From the NCBI GenBank assembly GCA_963575745.1, contig CAUYUJ010000081.1:620001-670526 (forward strand): 50,526 nucleotides of DNA, given 5' to 3'. This stretch comes from Prorocentrum cordatum (lineage: Eukaryota). The position numbers and the translations under genes are program-made. The first letter of the stretch is position 1. The number at the start of each line of letters is the position of its first letter. Under the pieces are notes generated by a model that did no database searches, was not told the origin of the DNA, and was given only the letters and a program-made list of their open reading frames with translations. Positions 21,540-33,817 of this stretch are shown here, piece after piece.

Positions 21540-24335
21540 GCGCTGGAAGATCTTAGACAGCGCTATCAAGCACAGGCGCGTGACATAGTCGTGCCTCCTG
21601 AAGGCCTCTTGGGAACATCTTGGGTCTTCGTGGGGGCATCTGAAAGGTTTCTGGAAGGTTCTCCGTATTTCCTCAATTGGTTGGCTGTTGGAGGCACCTC
21701 TTGGGTGCTTCTCGGGGAAGGTCTTGGGGCTTCTTGAGGTCCCTTGGGGGCATCGTCGGGGTTCTCCGGGCAGTCGGAAGGTGATGTTCTGCAATCTGAA
21801 GCCGTCATTGGCCGTCTTGGCCCGACTTGAGGTCACCTGGGGCCACATTGAGGAGATCCAGAAGCCTCCCGGGAGCCTCCTGGCGGCAGTTTTGATGCAT
21901 TGAAGGCACTATTCGGCTATCTGTGGGCCCCTTGTACGTCTCCTGGCGGCCTTTTGGAGCCTCTTGGGAGGATTTGGGGGGCCTCGTCGGACCAATTGGG
22001 GATTTGGGGGGCCTTTTGCGGGCCTCTTAGGGCGGAGGGCTCTTCTGTTGGGTTCGCAATCCCCTTCTTGGACCTCTCTCGGGGCCGTTTTGGGGCCTCT
22101 TCGGCTATCTTGGAGCGGTCTTGGGGGCCTCTTGGGCCGTCTTGGAGCGTCGGGATGCCGAAAAGCTGAATTCATCAAATACCGATGGGAAAACAATGAG
22201 TAGTGCCTCTTCGGGCCTTCTTGGGAGGCCTCTTGGAACCTCTTCGGCCCTCTGGGGAGCCTCTTGGGGGCATCTTGGATCAATTGGGGGGCCTATTGGG
22301 GCTTCCTGAGAGCTTCTCGGGGTGGCAGGCTCGGATGTTCGGTTCGTGTTACCCCACTCGGCTCCCTCTTGGGGCCGTCTTGGGGCCCTCTCGGGCCGTC
22401 TTGGGCGCCTCTGGCGCCGTCTTGGGGTACTCTTGGGCTGTCTTGTGGCCGTCTTCGACGCCTCTGTGGCTGTCTTGGAGCGGACATTGGCGCCTCTTGG
22501 GCCGTCGTGGAGCGTCGGGAAACTGAAAAGGCGAGAAGTCGAAAAATCCAACAACCACAAGGAAGTCAATTATTTGTGCCTCCTGGGGTTTCTTGGGAGG
22601 CATCTTGGAAGCCTCTTGGAGCGTCTTGGAGGCCTCTTGCAAAATCAGGGGCATTCTGCTGTGATCTCGGGCCGTCAATGGTCGTTTCGCGGTCTGCCTG
22701 ACGATCCGAGCCCGTCTCCGGGCGATTTTAAAGAAGCCCCGACGCCACGGCAGGGCCCCCGGGGCCTCTGGCCCGAAGGCCCAGTCCTGGGCCCCGCCTC
22801 GTGCCCACGGCAAGGCGTCCCTGGGCCGTCTCGGCGCCCTCGTGGAGGCCTGTTACTTTACAGTGAGGTGGTAGGCCTGACCATCTACTGCGACTTAGAC
22901 GTAGCCACTTACTCGGTGTGTCGTATCGCGGTAGCAATAAGGCAAGAGAGAAGAGATGACCGCGTAAGCGGCAGGAGGGTAGCATCTCAAGAGTAAAGGG
23001 TTGAACCTTTTCCGTATCGATGCTTGGTAGCGTGTCGCAACGCCACACGGTCATATTGGCGGCCGGACGCTTGGGCCAAAATGGCCGCGTACAAACTCTC
23101 GTTACTTCTCGCCTTTGTCCCCCGCCCCGCCAGCAGGAAACCCCTCGGACCTCGACCCCCGGGGGTCTCTTGGGAACCTCTTGGGGCCTCCTGGGAGGTG
23201 CTTTGGGCGGAAGGCTACAATCCTCGAGTCGGAGTTCCCCTCTTGGACCCCTCCTGCAGCCGTCTTAGTCGGGCCTTGGGTCGTCTAGGCGCCCTCTTGA
23301 GCGCCCTTGAGGGCCTCATGGGATCCTCCGGGGCCGTCTTGGGGGAGAATTGGGAGTCTCTTGGACCGTCTTCAAAGCCGTGGAGGCTGCAAAAACGTTG
23401 ATGCTGAAAGCGTACATTTTCCTATCGGAATTTAACAAGGTTGGCCTCTTGGGGCCCTCTTGGGAGTGCTCTGGCAGACCTTTTGGGACGTCTCGGAGCC
23501 TTCTTCGACCGTCTCGGGGCCATCTTGGGTCGTCTTGGGCGACTCGGGGCCTTCTTCGGCCTTCTTGGGCCCGTTTTGGGGCTAACTTGGGCCGTCTTGT
23601 GCAGCCCTTGGGCCGTATTGGCCCCCTCTTGGTCTGTCTTGAGGGCCTCTTGGGACTGTCTTAGGCACTCTTGGGCAAGTCTTCGGAGCTTGTTGGGCCG
23701 TCTTCAAGCCCGTGAATGCCGAAGCGTCGCACATGCTAAAAATGTACGGTTCCCCATGTGAATTGACGATTTTGGCCTCTTGGAGGCCTCTTGGGAGTGC
23801 TCTGGCAGGCCTCTTGGGACGTCTCGGAGCCTTCTAGGACCGTCTCGGGGCCGTCTTGGACCGTCTTGGGCGACTCTGGGCCTTCTTGGGCCGTCTTGGG
23901 CGCCGTCTTGGGGCCAACTTGGGCCGTTTGGGGCGCCTATTGGGCCGCATAGGCGCCCTCTTGGTCCGCCTGGGGGCCTCATGGGATCCTCCGGGGCAGT
24001 GTTGAGGGAGTATTGGGAGCCTCTTGGACCGTCTTCACAGCCGTGAAAGCTGCAAAGGCGCACATGCTTAAAATGTAAGTTCCCCCATCGGAACTGAATG
24101 ATTTTGGCCTCTGTAGGCCCTCTTGGGAGTGCTCTGGGAGCCTTCGTGTAGCGTCTTGGGGCCTTTCTGGGCCGTATTGGACAACTCGAGGCCTTCTTGC
24201 GCCGTCTTGGGAGCCTTTTGGAACCCTCTTGGCTCGTTTTGGCACCCTCTTGGCCTCTCCGGGCCGCCTCTTGAGAGCGAAACAGGGGGGTATCAGCGAG
24301 CGTATTAGAGTTGTTGCGGGCTGGGCCGGCCCAAA
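21540..24335. repeat. Complex satellite of ~11-bp GGCC(T/G)TCTTGG subunits in ~320-370-bp higher-order units
   Basis: Dozens of CCTCTTGG/CCGTCTTGG motifs. AT-rich linkers recur at ~22160, 22530, 23400, 23740 and 24070. A related segment in opposite orientation lies at ~24525-24720. Confidence 0.88.
23070..23085 (-). other. Dinoflagellate spliced-leader relic
   Basis: Minus strand GCCATTTTGGCCCAAG matches 15/16 nt of the DinoSL 3' end (GCCATTTTGGCTCAAG), 15 nt upstream of an ATG at 23054. Confidence 0.6.
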
Positions 24336-24348
24336 GGGGGGGGCTTTC

Positions 24349-24360
24349 TTATATATATAT

Positions 24361-24447
<87 letters not shown>

Positions 24448-24462
24448 CATGTGTGTGTGTGT
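24349..24462. repeat. (TA)n-(TG)n microsatellite
   Basis: Direct inspection. Confidence 0.97.
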
Positions 24463-24814
24463 CAGTCAGTCACCATGCCCTTGAGGCACGAGTTGGAGTG
24501 TCCTCAGGTCCTTGCTCAAGGGCCCAGAGACGGACAGGGAGTGCCCCGAGCGGCCCCCGAGATGGTCCAGGAGCGCCTCGAATCGCTGAACGAATCGGTC
24601 CAAGACGCCCAAGATGGCCTCTAGCTGGCCAAAAAAACACCCAATACGTCCCAAGAAGCCTCCAAGAGCCTTCCCAAAAGGCCCCGACCGAGATGCCAAA
24701 GTCATTGATATCCCGTAGGTGTTTCGGTGTTTTTCCCCACATGCTTCGTGGGGTTCTGGTTTTCTTCCCTGCCGCGCCGCACCCGCGACACTCACACCTC
24801 ACACCTCCCTCTCC

Positions 24815-24815
<1 letters not shown>

Positions 24816-24874
<59 letters not shown>

Positions 24875-25056
24875 CACCTCACTCTTCCCCTCCTCCTCAC
24901 AGCACTGCTCAGCACAGCTCAGCTCAGCTCAGCTCAGCTCAGCTCTGCACGGCACAGCTGAGCTCAGCTCAGCTCAGCTCAACTCAGCACAGCACAGCAC
25001 GGCACGGCACAGCACAGCACAGCTCACCGCACAGCAGCACAGCACAGCACAGCACA
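24816..25056. repeat. (CT)n followed by (CAGCT/CAGCA)n pentamer repeats
   Basis: Direct inspection. Confidence 0.95.
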
Positions 25057-25067
25057 ACGCCACAGGA

Positions 25068-25428
25068 GGTGCGCTGGGGGTGGGGACCTTATGCGTTGTA
25101 GGCTCCCAGGGCGTGGCAGGCGTGGCATTTCCTGGGCGCCGCAGGGGGTGCGCTGGGGGTGGGGGCCCTATGCGTTGTAGGCTCCCAAGGCGTGGCAGGC
25201 GTGGCATTTCCTGGGCGCCGCAGGGGGTGCGCTGGGGGTGGGGGCCCTATGCGTTGTAGGCTCCCAGGGCGTGGCAGGCGTGGCATTTCCTCGACGCCAC
25301 AGGGGGTGCGCTGGGGGTGGGGGCCCTATGCGTTGTAGGCTCCCACGGCGTGGCAGGCGTGGCATTTCCTCGACGCCACAGGGGGTGCGCCGGGGGTGGG
25401 GGCCCTATGCGTTGCAGGCTCCCAGGGT
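25068..25428. repeat. 79-bp tandem minisatellite, ~4.5 copies
   Basis: TATGCGTTG(T/C)AGGCTCCCA recurs at 25090, 25169, 25248, 25327 and 25406. Confidence 0.95.
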
Positions 25429-25432
25429 TTTG

Positions 25433-25710
25433 CGGAGGAGGAGGAGGAGGAGGAGGAGGAGGAGGACGGGGAGGTGGGGCAGCAGCAGCGGCAACAGCAG
25501 CAGCAGCTGCAGCAGCAGACGCAGCAGCAGCAGCAGCAGAAGCAGCAGCAGCAGAAGCAGCAGCAGGAGGAGGACACCAAGGAGGAGAAGGAGGAGCAGC
25601 AGCAGAAGCATCGATGGCACACATGGGAAACAAGTGGCACGCGTGCCATGGCTCTTGCACAAAAAGGTAGGGGAGGCGGAGGAGGAGGGGGAGGAGGAGG
25701 AGGAAGGGGG
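25433..25710. repeat. (GAG)n/(CAG)n trinucleotide tracts
   Basis: Direct inspection. Confidence 0.9.
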
Positions 25711-25769
25711 GGAGAGGGGGCAAAACATCGCCCCTCGGGGCCCAGCAACGGGGCCCAAAATCCCAGGTG

Positions 25770-26420
25770 GGGAGAGGGGGGGAGGTGGCGTGCGTCGCGA
25801 CACGGAATGAAGTGCTCGGAGCGGAGGGGGCCTGGGGCGGAGGTCCCATTGGGGCGCTGGGGGCGCGGAGAGGAGGGGGGGAGGTGGCGTTTGCGTCGCG
25901 ACGCGGAATCAATGGTCGGGGAGGGACGGTGGCATTGGCGGGGTTTTCGGGCAGAGGGGCCACGGGGCGGGGGTCCAATTGGGGCGCTGGGGACGCGGGG
26001 GGAGGTGGTGTGCGTCGCGACGCGGAATAAAATTGTCGGGGTGGAGGGGGCACGCGGCGGAGCCCCCACTGGGGCGCTGGGGACGCGGGGAGGGAGGTGG
26101 GGGGGGGGGGAGCTTCGCGACGCGGAATAAAACGTTCGTGGCGGAGGGGGCAGTGGGCGGGGCCCCCGCTGGGGCGCTGGGGACGCGGGGAGGCTCGGGG
26201 CAGAGAGCCACGGCGCGGGGGTCCCACTCTGGCGCTGGGGACGCGGGACGGGTGGGGATGTGCGACGAGGAATACGTTCGTGGACGAGGGGGCAGTGGGC
26301 GGGGCTCCCGCTAGGGCGCTGGGGCGGGGGAGCTCGGGGCAGAGAGCCACGGCGCGGGGGTCCCACTCTGGCGCTGAGGACGCGGGGAGGGGGGGGGGTG
26401 CGACGCGGAATAAAGTGGTC
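25770..26420. repeat. G-rich ~100-140-bp tandem repeat containing the palindrome GCGTCGCGACGC
   Basis: GGGGCGCTGGGGACGCGGG..GCGACGCGGAATAAA units, about 6 copies. Confidence 0.85.
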
Positions 26421-26494
26421 GGAGCTCTAGACACCCTGTGCAAGAGGCTAAAGACTTATGTGATGTGTCTGCTGTGTTCATTCTTCCTTTTCGC

Positions 26495-26600
26495 TTTTGG
26501 GGGGCCTCCTGGGAGGCCCTCGTCGCCACGGCTGGATCCGCCTCCAGACTCCGTCAGAACGCACCCTGGGAGAGGTCCATGGAGTGGCAGTATCGGTACC
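26495..26600 (+). repeat. Dispersed ~105-bp repeat, copy 1
   Basis: GGGCCTCCTGG.AGGCCCTCGTCGCCAC..GTCAGAACGCACC..GTATCGGTACC also occurs at 28438-28542. Confidence 0.85.
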
Positions 26601-27569
26601 TTTCAGGAGGGGGGAAAACACACAGACACAATTAAGCGTCGATCCGCAGGAAAATGTGTGAACATGTGGGAAGTGGGGGGGGGAAGACGAAAACCCATAA
26701 AATAGCAGAAAATATTGGGAATCCTGGGATTCGTGTTCCTTTGTTTGTGTTTCCCTGGGCCCCTTTAACCTTCTCCCCCCCTGTGCGCTCACACCGGTCC
26801 TGGCCGGGCCCCTCTCGGGCCCAGGGGTGGGCCTGACCAGTATCGGTGCAAGTGACCACTTGCCGCTCGAGGCCTCCCAAATGGGGCCGGAGCAGATGGG
26901 CTGGGCGACGAAATCTATAAGTACCGAGGAATCGGGCGTCTCGAAAAAATCGAGACGGAGGTTTTTCGTCGTTTTCGGCCCTTCGGGGCCCTCGCCAGGC
27001 CTCGGGACCGTCAAAAAACGACTCGGGATAAAAAACTGGTCCCGGGGAAGTGGTCGGGATGTCGGGGGCCCGTGTCTTGAAAAAATCGAGACGTCGGATG
27101 TCTGGGTATCCACTGCTCCCTGTCCAGGCCCCTGCTGAACACGGCGCCGCCCTGGCCTGGCCAGGAGGGCGTATGTGCACACAGCTCCCGGGTGCGGGCT
27201 GGGCCTGGCCAGGGAGCTGCATCGCCCGCGTGGGGTCGAAGGCTCGCCGACGTGTCGGCGGCGCGGCGCGAACGGGAGTCCGCTCTCTTCAGTGCCGCCG
27301 TCGCCCTATGCGCCAGCGGCGGGGCTCGAGCTCTCCGCCCCCCGCCTCCTGAGGTCCTCCGAGCTGATATGCTTTCGGTCCGCGGCCCCTGGCGCTCGGC
27401 ATCGTTCGGGCGGCGTGCACCGTGTTCCCCGGCGTGGGCCCTCGAGGAGCATCGCGGGCCACCTTTCGGCGGCAAGCGAGGGGGGGAAGTGAGAAGGAGA
27501 AGGCCTTCCGAGAAGGTTGGGAAGTCCCCAGGCCTCCCGAGAAGTCTTCCAAGCCCTCCACGAAGACAG

Positions 27570-27735
27570 TCCTCCTCCCTCCTCCTCCTTTCTCCTCCCT
27601 CCTCCTCCACATCCCTCCTCCCCTCACTCCTCCTCTTCCTCATTCTCCTCCTCTTCTTTCCTCATCCTTCCTCCTACACTTGCCTCCTTCCTCCTCCGCC
27701 TCCTCCTCCACCTACCTCCTTCATCCTCCTCCTCG

Positions 27736-27781
<46 letters not shown>

Positions 27782-27870
27782 GCTCTTCCTCCTCTTCCTC
27801 CTCATCCTACTCTTCCTCCTCCTCCTCCTCCTCCTCCTACTCTTCCTCCTCTTCCTCCTCCTCCTCCTCT
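27570..27870. repeat. (CCT)n/(CAT)n low-complexity tract
   Basis: Direct inspection; similar tracts at 28560-28700, 29440-29750, 29955-30160 and 30421-30510. Confidence 0.92.
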
Positions 27871-28437
27871 GGAGGATAGCCCAGCACTGCTTGACGACGA
27901 CCACCAGAGCGAAGATGACCACCTCGAGCCACGGATCGACTGCATTTAAAACGATCTTCACAGGACGTGCAACAGTTGTAAGGGAAGCTGGGCGCTGCTG
28001 ACTGGATCTCTGCCCCGCGAATGAGGACATGGAGATGGGCATCTCAAGTCGCCTCCGACCACAAGTTAGCCTACAGAGTCTTGATGTAGGAGCCCGCTCT
28101 GCACACAGATCCCCAGCAGCCCAGTCTTGGGCATAAGCGCGCGGCGGCCACGTACAGCGGAAAACCATGCCAAGAAACACCTTGCTCACCTGAGTTTCTT
28201 AGGTTTCGTTGCGATGGTTCTGCTATGGAGAGCGCGACGTTCCCACACCCAGAATCAATGGACGTCCTGGGGTCTCGGGGTTGGGTTTCTTGTGGAAGCT
28301 TTCTTGTGAACGAGGTACACGGGACCGCTCCGCGCCATGCGGGCGCATCCATTGGGGCCTTCCGTGGAGCTCCGACGATGAGGAAGTGGAGGGAGGAGGT
28401 AGAGGTACCCACACCGCTACCGCTCCCTCGTTTTCCC

Positions 28438-28542
28438 TTGTGGGGCCTCCTGGCAGGCCCTCGTCGCCACTGCTGGATTCGCTTCGAGGTTCTGGTCAGA
28501 ACGCACCACTGGAGAGGTCCAGGAAGTAGCGGTATCGGTACC
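28438..28542 (+). repeat. Dispersed ~105-bp repeat, copy 2
   Basis: Matches 26495-26600. Confidence 0.85.
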
Positions 28543-28624
28543 TCTTCGTTTCTCCAGACGTGGAGGAAGGAGGGGGAAGAGGAGGAGGAGGAGGAGGAGG
28601 AGGAGGAGGAGGAGGAGGAGGAGG

Positions 28625-28656
<32 letters not shown>

Positions 28657-28854
28657 CAGCAGAAGCAGGAGCAGGAGCAGGAGGAGGAGGCGGAGGAGAA
28701 GGGGCCGCGCGGCGCTGCGGCTTAAAAGCGATGACACCCAACAAAAAAAGGAGGGCTGGGAATAAGACCGAACGCCGGGATGGAACGACATCAGAGCTTC
28801 GGAGATCGTGGTCTGCCCTGGCCCCTCTGACAAAAAGAGGGCCCGCCGTTGGGG

Positions 28855-29115
28855 GGTGTCGGACTGGGCTAGGACGAGGATAGATCCGTTCCAGAGCGTC
28901 CCGGAACGCTCTCGGAGCGTTCTGGAACGCTTTGGCAAGGCCGCGGCGCCCGAGACGTCCTTCAGAGCCGCTGGCTCTCAGAGGTGTCAGACTGGGCTAG
29001 GACGAGGAGAAATCCGTTCCAGAGCGTTCCGGAACACTCTTCCCGAACGCTCTCAGAGCGCTGGGGAACGCTCTGGGAAGGCCGTGGCGCTCGAGACATT
29101 TTGCAGAGCCGCTGG
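28855..29115. repeat. ~129-bp tandem duplication
   Basis: GACTGGGCTAGGACGAGGA..ATCCGTTCCAGAGCG..CAGAGCCGCTGG occurs twice. Confidence 0.88.
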
Positions 29116-29794
29116 ATTTCAGATATTCTCGATGTACAGTCAAACTGCATAGTAAGGATGGGCAACCTTCGCAAGGGTACCCTTGCATCCTTGCCTCCTA
29201 GGTTCAGCCTTGGCCACCTTCGTGGGCCGCGCCCCGCTCGAAAAGCACGAAAATGGCCTTCCAAGGCCCTTGCATCCTGATCGCGCATCCTTCTAGAGAT
29301 CCACGATTTGTCTTTACCTGATTTTATCATCGTCTTGTTCATATTAACTGAGGGTGGTGCGGGGCGGGCGAACCCGAGGACCCGAAAAGTACGAAAGGTC
29401 CATCGGGTAGGCCCTGCGGGCGAGTTGGCGCGGGGCGCGGAGGGAGGAGGGGGGAGGAGTGAGGAGGAGGAGGGGAGGAGGAGGAGAGGAGAGGGGGGGG
29501 GAGGGGGAGGGGGAAGGAGGAGGAGAGGAGGAGGAGGAGGAGAGGGAGGAGGAGGAGGAGATGGAGATGGGAGGGAGGAGGGGAGGGAGGGAGGGAGATG
29601 GAGTTGGAGGTGGAGGAGGAGGGGAGGAGAGGAGGAGGGCAAGGAGAGGACGAGGAGAGGAGAGAGGGGGACGAACGAGGGCGAGGACGAGGAGATGGAG
29701 GAGGAGGAGGAGGCGGGGGACGGGCGGAGAGGAGGCGGGGGAGGAGGAGGATGTATCCTTACCCGGTTCAATCCTCCTCCTGGCTTCGTCTCAG

Positions 29795-30226
29795 GCCTGC
29801 ACCGCCGCCCTCCGTCGGGGGGCGGCTCGCGGCTTGTGGGCGCGGTCATGAGCATGGACGAGCAGGAGCAGGGGGCGGGCCTTGTTCGGACGGGGCTGGG
29901 AGCAAGGGCGCCCTCGAAGGCGCGAGGATATTCGCGCGTCGCGCTTCGGCTCTGATTCCTCCTCCTCTTCCTCCTCCTCCTCCTCCTCATTTCTCCTCCT
30001 CCTCCTGTTTCTCCTCTCCCTCCTCATTCCTCCTGCCTCCTCACCCTTCTCCTCCTCCTTCCTCCTCCCTCCTCCTCCTCCTCCTCCTCCTCCTCCTCCT
30101 CCTCCTCCTCCTCCTCCTCCTCCTCCTCCCCCCTCCTCCTCCTCCTCCTCCTCCTCCTCCTCGCTCTTCGCAGGGGCATGGTACCGAAGGACACATTGTC
30201 AGTTGGAGTCGACGCATGGGCTTTGG
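29795..30226 (+). CDS. Two candidate exons (29795-29919 and 30174-30226) of a possible cold-shock-domain-like host gene
   Basis: CAG|G acceptors, GC donors and a phase-0 join. Peptides RLVGAVMSMDEQEQGAGLV and GHIVSWSRRMGFG loosely resemble CSD beta1/RNP1. Confidence 0.2.
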
Positions 30227-31899
30227 GCACAAGCAGGCGGCCGTTTTCTTGCTGTGGTGGAGGGTTCAACTCTCGTGCCAAGGGGCGGTACACCACCTTC
30301 GGGAAGGTGGCCGCAAGCTGGCCAGCGTCAAGCTTTTGGCCTATCCCAGCGCGCCTTTTCGTATTGGTGCACCCTTCTTCTGTGACGACTACCGTTGTCG
30401 TTTGCACATGCTCTTACACGCTCCTCCTCCTCCTCCTCCTCCTCCTCCTGCTCCTCCTCCTCCTCCTCTTCCCTCCTCCTCCTCCTCCTCCTCCTCCTCC
30501 TCCTCCTCCTCTTTCAGTCAATGCACCCCTTCCGCACCACCATCCTTTTGCCCATCCTGCTCCTTAGCCTTGCATGCACTGTCTGCTGCAGTGACTGCTT
30601 CTCTCCTGCAGCTACACTTTGGCTTTACGGAAATGGAAAAAGAGCGAGCCTGCGGCGCGCGCGTGCGTCGGCCGGCGGGCCGGCCTCCTCCCTTCAGTGC
30701 TACCCTAGTGTATGCTTGACGGCATTATTCTTCCTTCCCCATGTCATCGGCGAAGCCCACTGACCATTATATATCAACGGAACAGATTGCACACGTTATG
30801 CACATCCAGGCAAAAGATTGGTTATCAGCCGAAACGACGGCACAGCCGTTGGCTGCGCAGAGCATGGGATCACAGGAAGGACGCTCGGGCGAACGGAAAA
30901 TCCATGCCTTCCCGAGGGTAGCGAAGGTGTAGCCGCCTCCACGAGACGACCGAACTCTCTTAATCTTCCCAGAAGGCAAGCATCAGAGACTGTGTTTGAC
31001 TTGACAGAAGGGGATTCCTCGGTTGATTCGGCGACCAGGTCTAGAGCGCACATCTCAGGCGGAAGGTATGGCACAGCCAAAAGTTCCGCCGAAGGAACGT
31101 CTGGTTTGGCGTCGGTGCATCCAGGCTCCCAGCCGTCGATTGATCTAGATCTCGAGATGGAGAGACTGTTGGATCAAATCCTCATCGGAATATCAGGTAT
31201 CGAGAATAGAATATGCCCAATTCCATACCTCGCCCAGTCCATCGTATCATCTCGATCCTCTCCCCGATGGATGCGTCGGGCTCGCCTCCGGCGCAGACCC
31301 GTTAGTGAACGTGTCAGTTGATCATGTAACGGTTGAGGCAATCCAGAAGGCCATTCTCGATGCGGATGATGATCTCGAAGACGGAGGAAGCCCGACAGAG
31401 GCAGATGCTAGTCGGCAAAGCCGAGATCGAGCTCTCCCGATGTTGTGCGTGCAATAAGGAACACGCGAAAATCTACAGGCATGATTCCCCGTCCGATGAC
31501 AAAGAAACCGAAGGGCGAGAATTGCGACTTAAATTCCTCACCTTTTATTGCAAGGTTTTCACCGTCCAGACTTCGCCTTGCCCCGGACTAACAGGAACAG
31601 CGTACCGGAACTTGACGAGCTCGCAATGCAGGACAAAGGCGAAACAGCACAGAGGCGAGACGTTGATTTTAGTCACAGGGGTGTAAGAACAAGGGAGCAA
31701 CGCACGCCTACCTCCAGCAGTGCGCGAGGTCGTTCCAGCGAGGCCCCCAGGGCCGGACGTTCCAATTCTTAGGAAATTCGACGCCCTTGCATCGCCACGA
31801 TTGTCGTCGAATAGAACCACCGGCAGCTTCTCGATGCGGGAAAGTTGCTGGAATGCCGCGCCTGCGTGTCCGACTCCGGCGGAGGGCCGATGCCCGGGG

Positions 31900-32383
31900 A
31901 AGGCGCGCAAACCGGGGGTATCATGTTGAAGGCCTGTGTGCTCACAAGGTTCGAATGTTTGTTCTAAGTGTAGTCTGGCAGGTTTGCGAGGAATGCATTG
32001 CGATGGAAAAACACAGTTGTTATCGCATCGCCATTCAAGAGTGGGCGGGAAGACAGAGACAGGATCGAGAACAGATGGGAACTGCGCGCACAAATACAGC
32101 AGATCATCCTTGAGGCACAGGTAGATAGAAGGCCGCTGAAGAGGCTGAAGGTATGCTTGCAATATCCGAGGCAGAGAGGCAAGCAATGGCGCAACAGGTG
32201 GAACATGAGAAAATTGTCATTGTGGCAGATGCGCAGAAATGGATGCAGCAAGCTGAGGCCAGTATAGCAGTATAGCAGGAGTTACAGGCGAAGCTCAGCG
32301 GCGCCTTGCTCAAGAGGAGAAGGAAAGATTGAACGTCCAGAGCATGGCCGGACAACTGGTGTCAGACTCCCAGCAGAAGGTTG

Positions 32384-32435
<52 letters not shown>

Positions 32436-33817
32436 AAACAAAAAAAGTTGAATACAGAGAAATGGCCGACGCTGCCGGGGGGGGGGGAGAAGGAGCCCGA
32501 GAACAGGCAGCGCGAGAAAATCAGGAGCCCCGCAATCAACTTGAAGCTGCTAGACTCGAGGCCGAAAGAGTTAAATCGGAAGCTCTGCGAGCCCTTCGAC
32601 GAGGACCAAAAGAGAATGGCCGTTGCCTGGGATCGTCTGAACGGGCTTGCAGACGAACGAGTATGAAACGACGTTCTTGCCACTCGGGCCGCGAGCGAGG
32701 AAAACAGGGGGTTAAGGTCTGACCTGGGGCAACATCGGATGGACAAGGAATCGCGCGATAAAGTCCGTCTACCAGGGCAACCCGCGACAGAGATGTCGTC
32801 AAGAGTGGGGTCTACGATTGCGGCTTTGCCGGCAGAAGTGTGCCCCGAGGGGAAGTTCGGATCAACGCCGGCACAGCCGGTGCATGTTGAGCCGCCTCCT
32901 CATCCGATCACTGCTCGCCCAGTTCGCAGACGCGACAATATGCCGGGCCAGACACGAACAGGCAATCCGAATTTTCAATCGGGGTATGCATGGGTTGTTC
33001 GAAACGCACATGTAGGGGCCACCTGGATATGGGCCCCAAACAGCGCGCTGAGTATGCCTGGAAAAAAAAGTTTGGACGCCAGGATGATCTCGAGGGAGGG
33101 GAAGAACCACGAGGAATCCCTGATACTCACCGCGCCAACAACGACCCTGATGAAAAGGCACCGAGACAATCGGATTTGCCTAAGGATGTTGGATCAGAAC
33201 GCAAGACAAGCAATCTCGCCGATCTTATGGGCATGCCAGCATTCAAGTCAGACAAGTCGGAATTTGATAAAATTCCAATGCTGGCCGCTCCGTCTATACC
33301 CACGCTTCCTCTCGCGAAATCGCATTTCATTCCTGGGCCGGCTGTCGAGATGTCTCTTGGGACGAGTGAAGGTTCGATGCGGGAGTATGTCCAAGGAGTG
33401 AATCGTGGAAATGCCCCGACCAACGCCAAGATGTCAGGGCCCCCTGACAACTTTCACTTGCCTGGGCACCTTCCTCTCACCATCGGCTCAGCCGCGACCG
33501 GCGAAGGAGGTGGAGATCCCGGAGGACACGGAGATGACGAGAGAGATGACCGGAGCACAGCCCCCAGCACGGACATGATAGATGCGATGCAATTTGACGA
33601 GACAGGCAAGCCCAAGCCACCCAAAGGCCCCCCAGGGGGACCTGGTGGCGGCGGCGACCCAGACGGCGACGGCGGCGAGGGGCCGAATGGCCATAATGAC
33701 CCAATTTGACAGTCGTTTAATGCCGACCAAGTGGATGTGAATGTGAGGAGTTTTGGAAACAATGCAGAGCTAAACTTGCTGGACATACCGAGTGCCCAGG
33801 CACTCCGCGAATGGAAA
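31900..33817 (+). pseudogene. Copia gag, N-terminal part (coiled-coil and Gly/Pro-rich)
   Basis: Coiled-coil-like EAERQAMAQQVEHEK; PPGGPGGGGDPDGDGG; ends LLDIPSAQALREWK and joins in frame to 34661. (GA)n at 32385-32430. Confidence 0.55.

Noticed and set aside
21900..30720. Many 100-400-aa ORFs (poly-Q/E/P/L/R, GPLGPSW-rich)
   Set aside because: Translations of satellites and microsatellites.
30818..30831. Half-tRNA-iMet primer-binding site (GGTTATCAGCC vs GGTTATGAGCC) and an upstream 5' LTR
   Set aside because: Short imperfect match, not directly after a CA end, and no second LTR in the window to confirm it.
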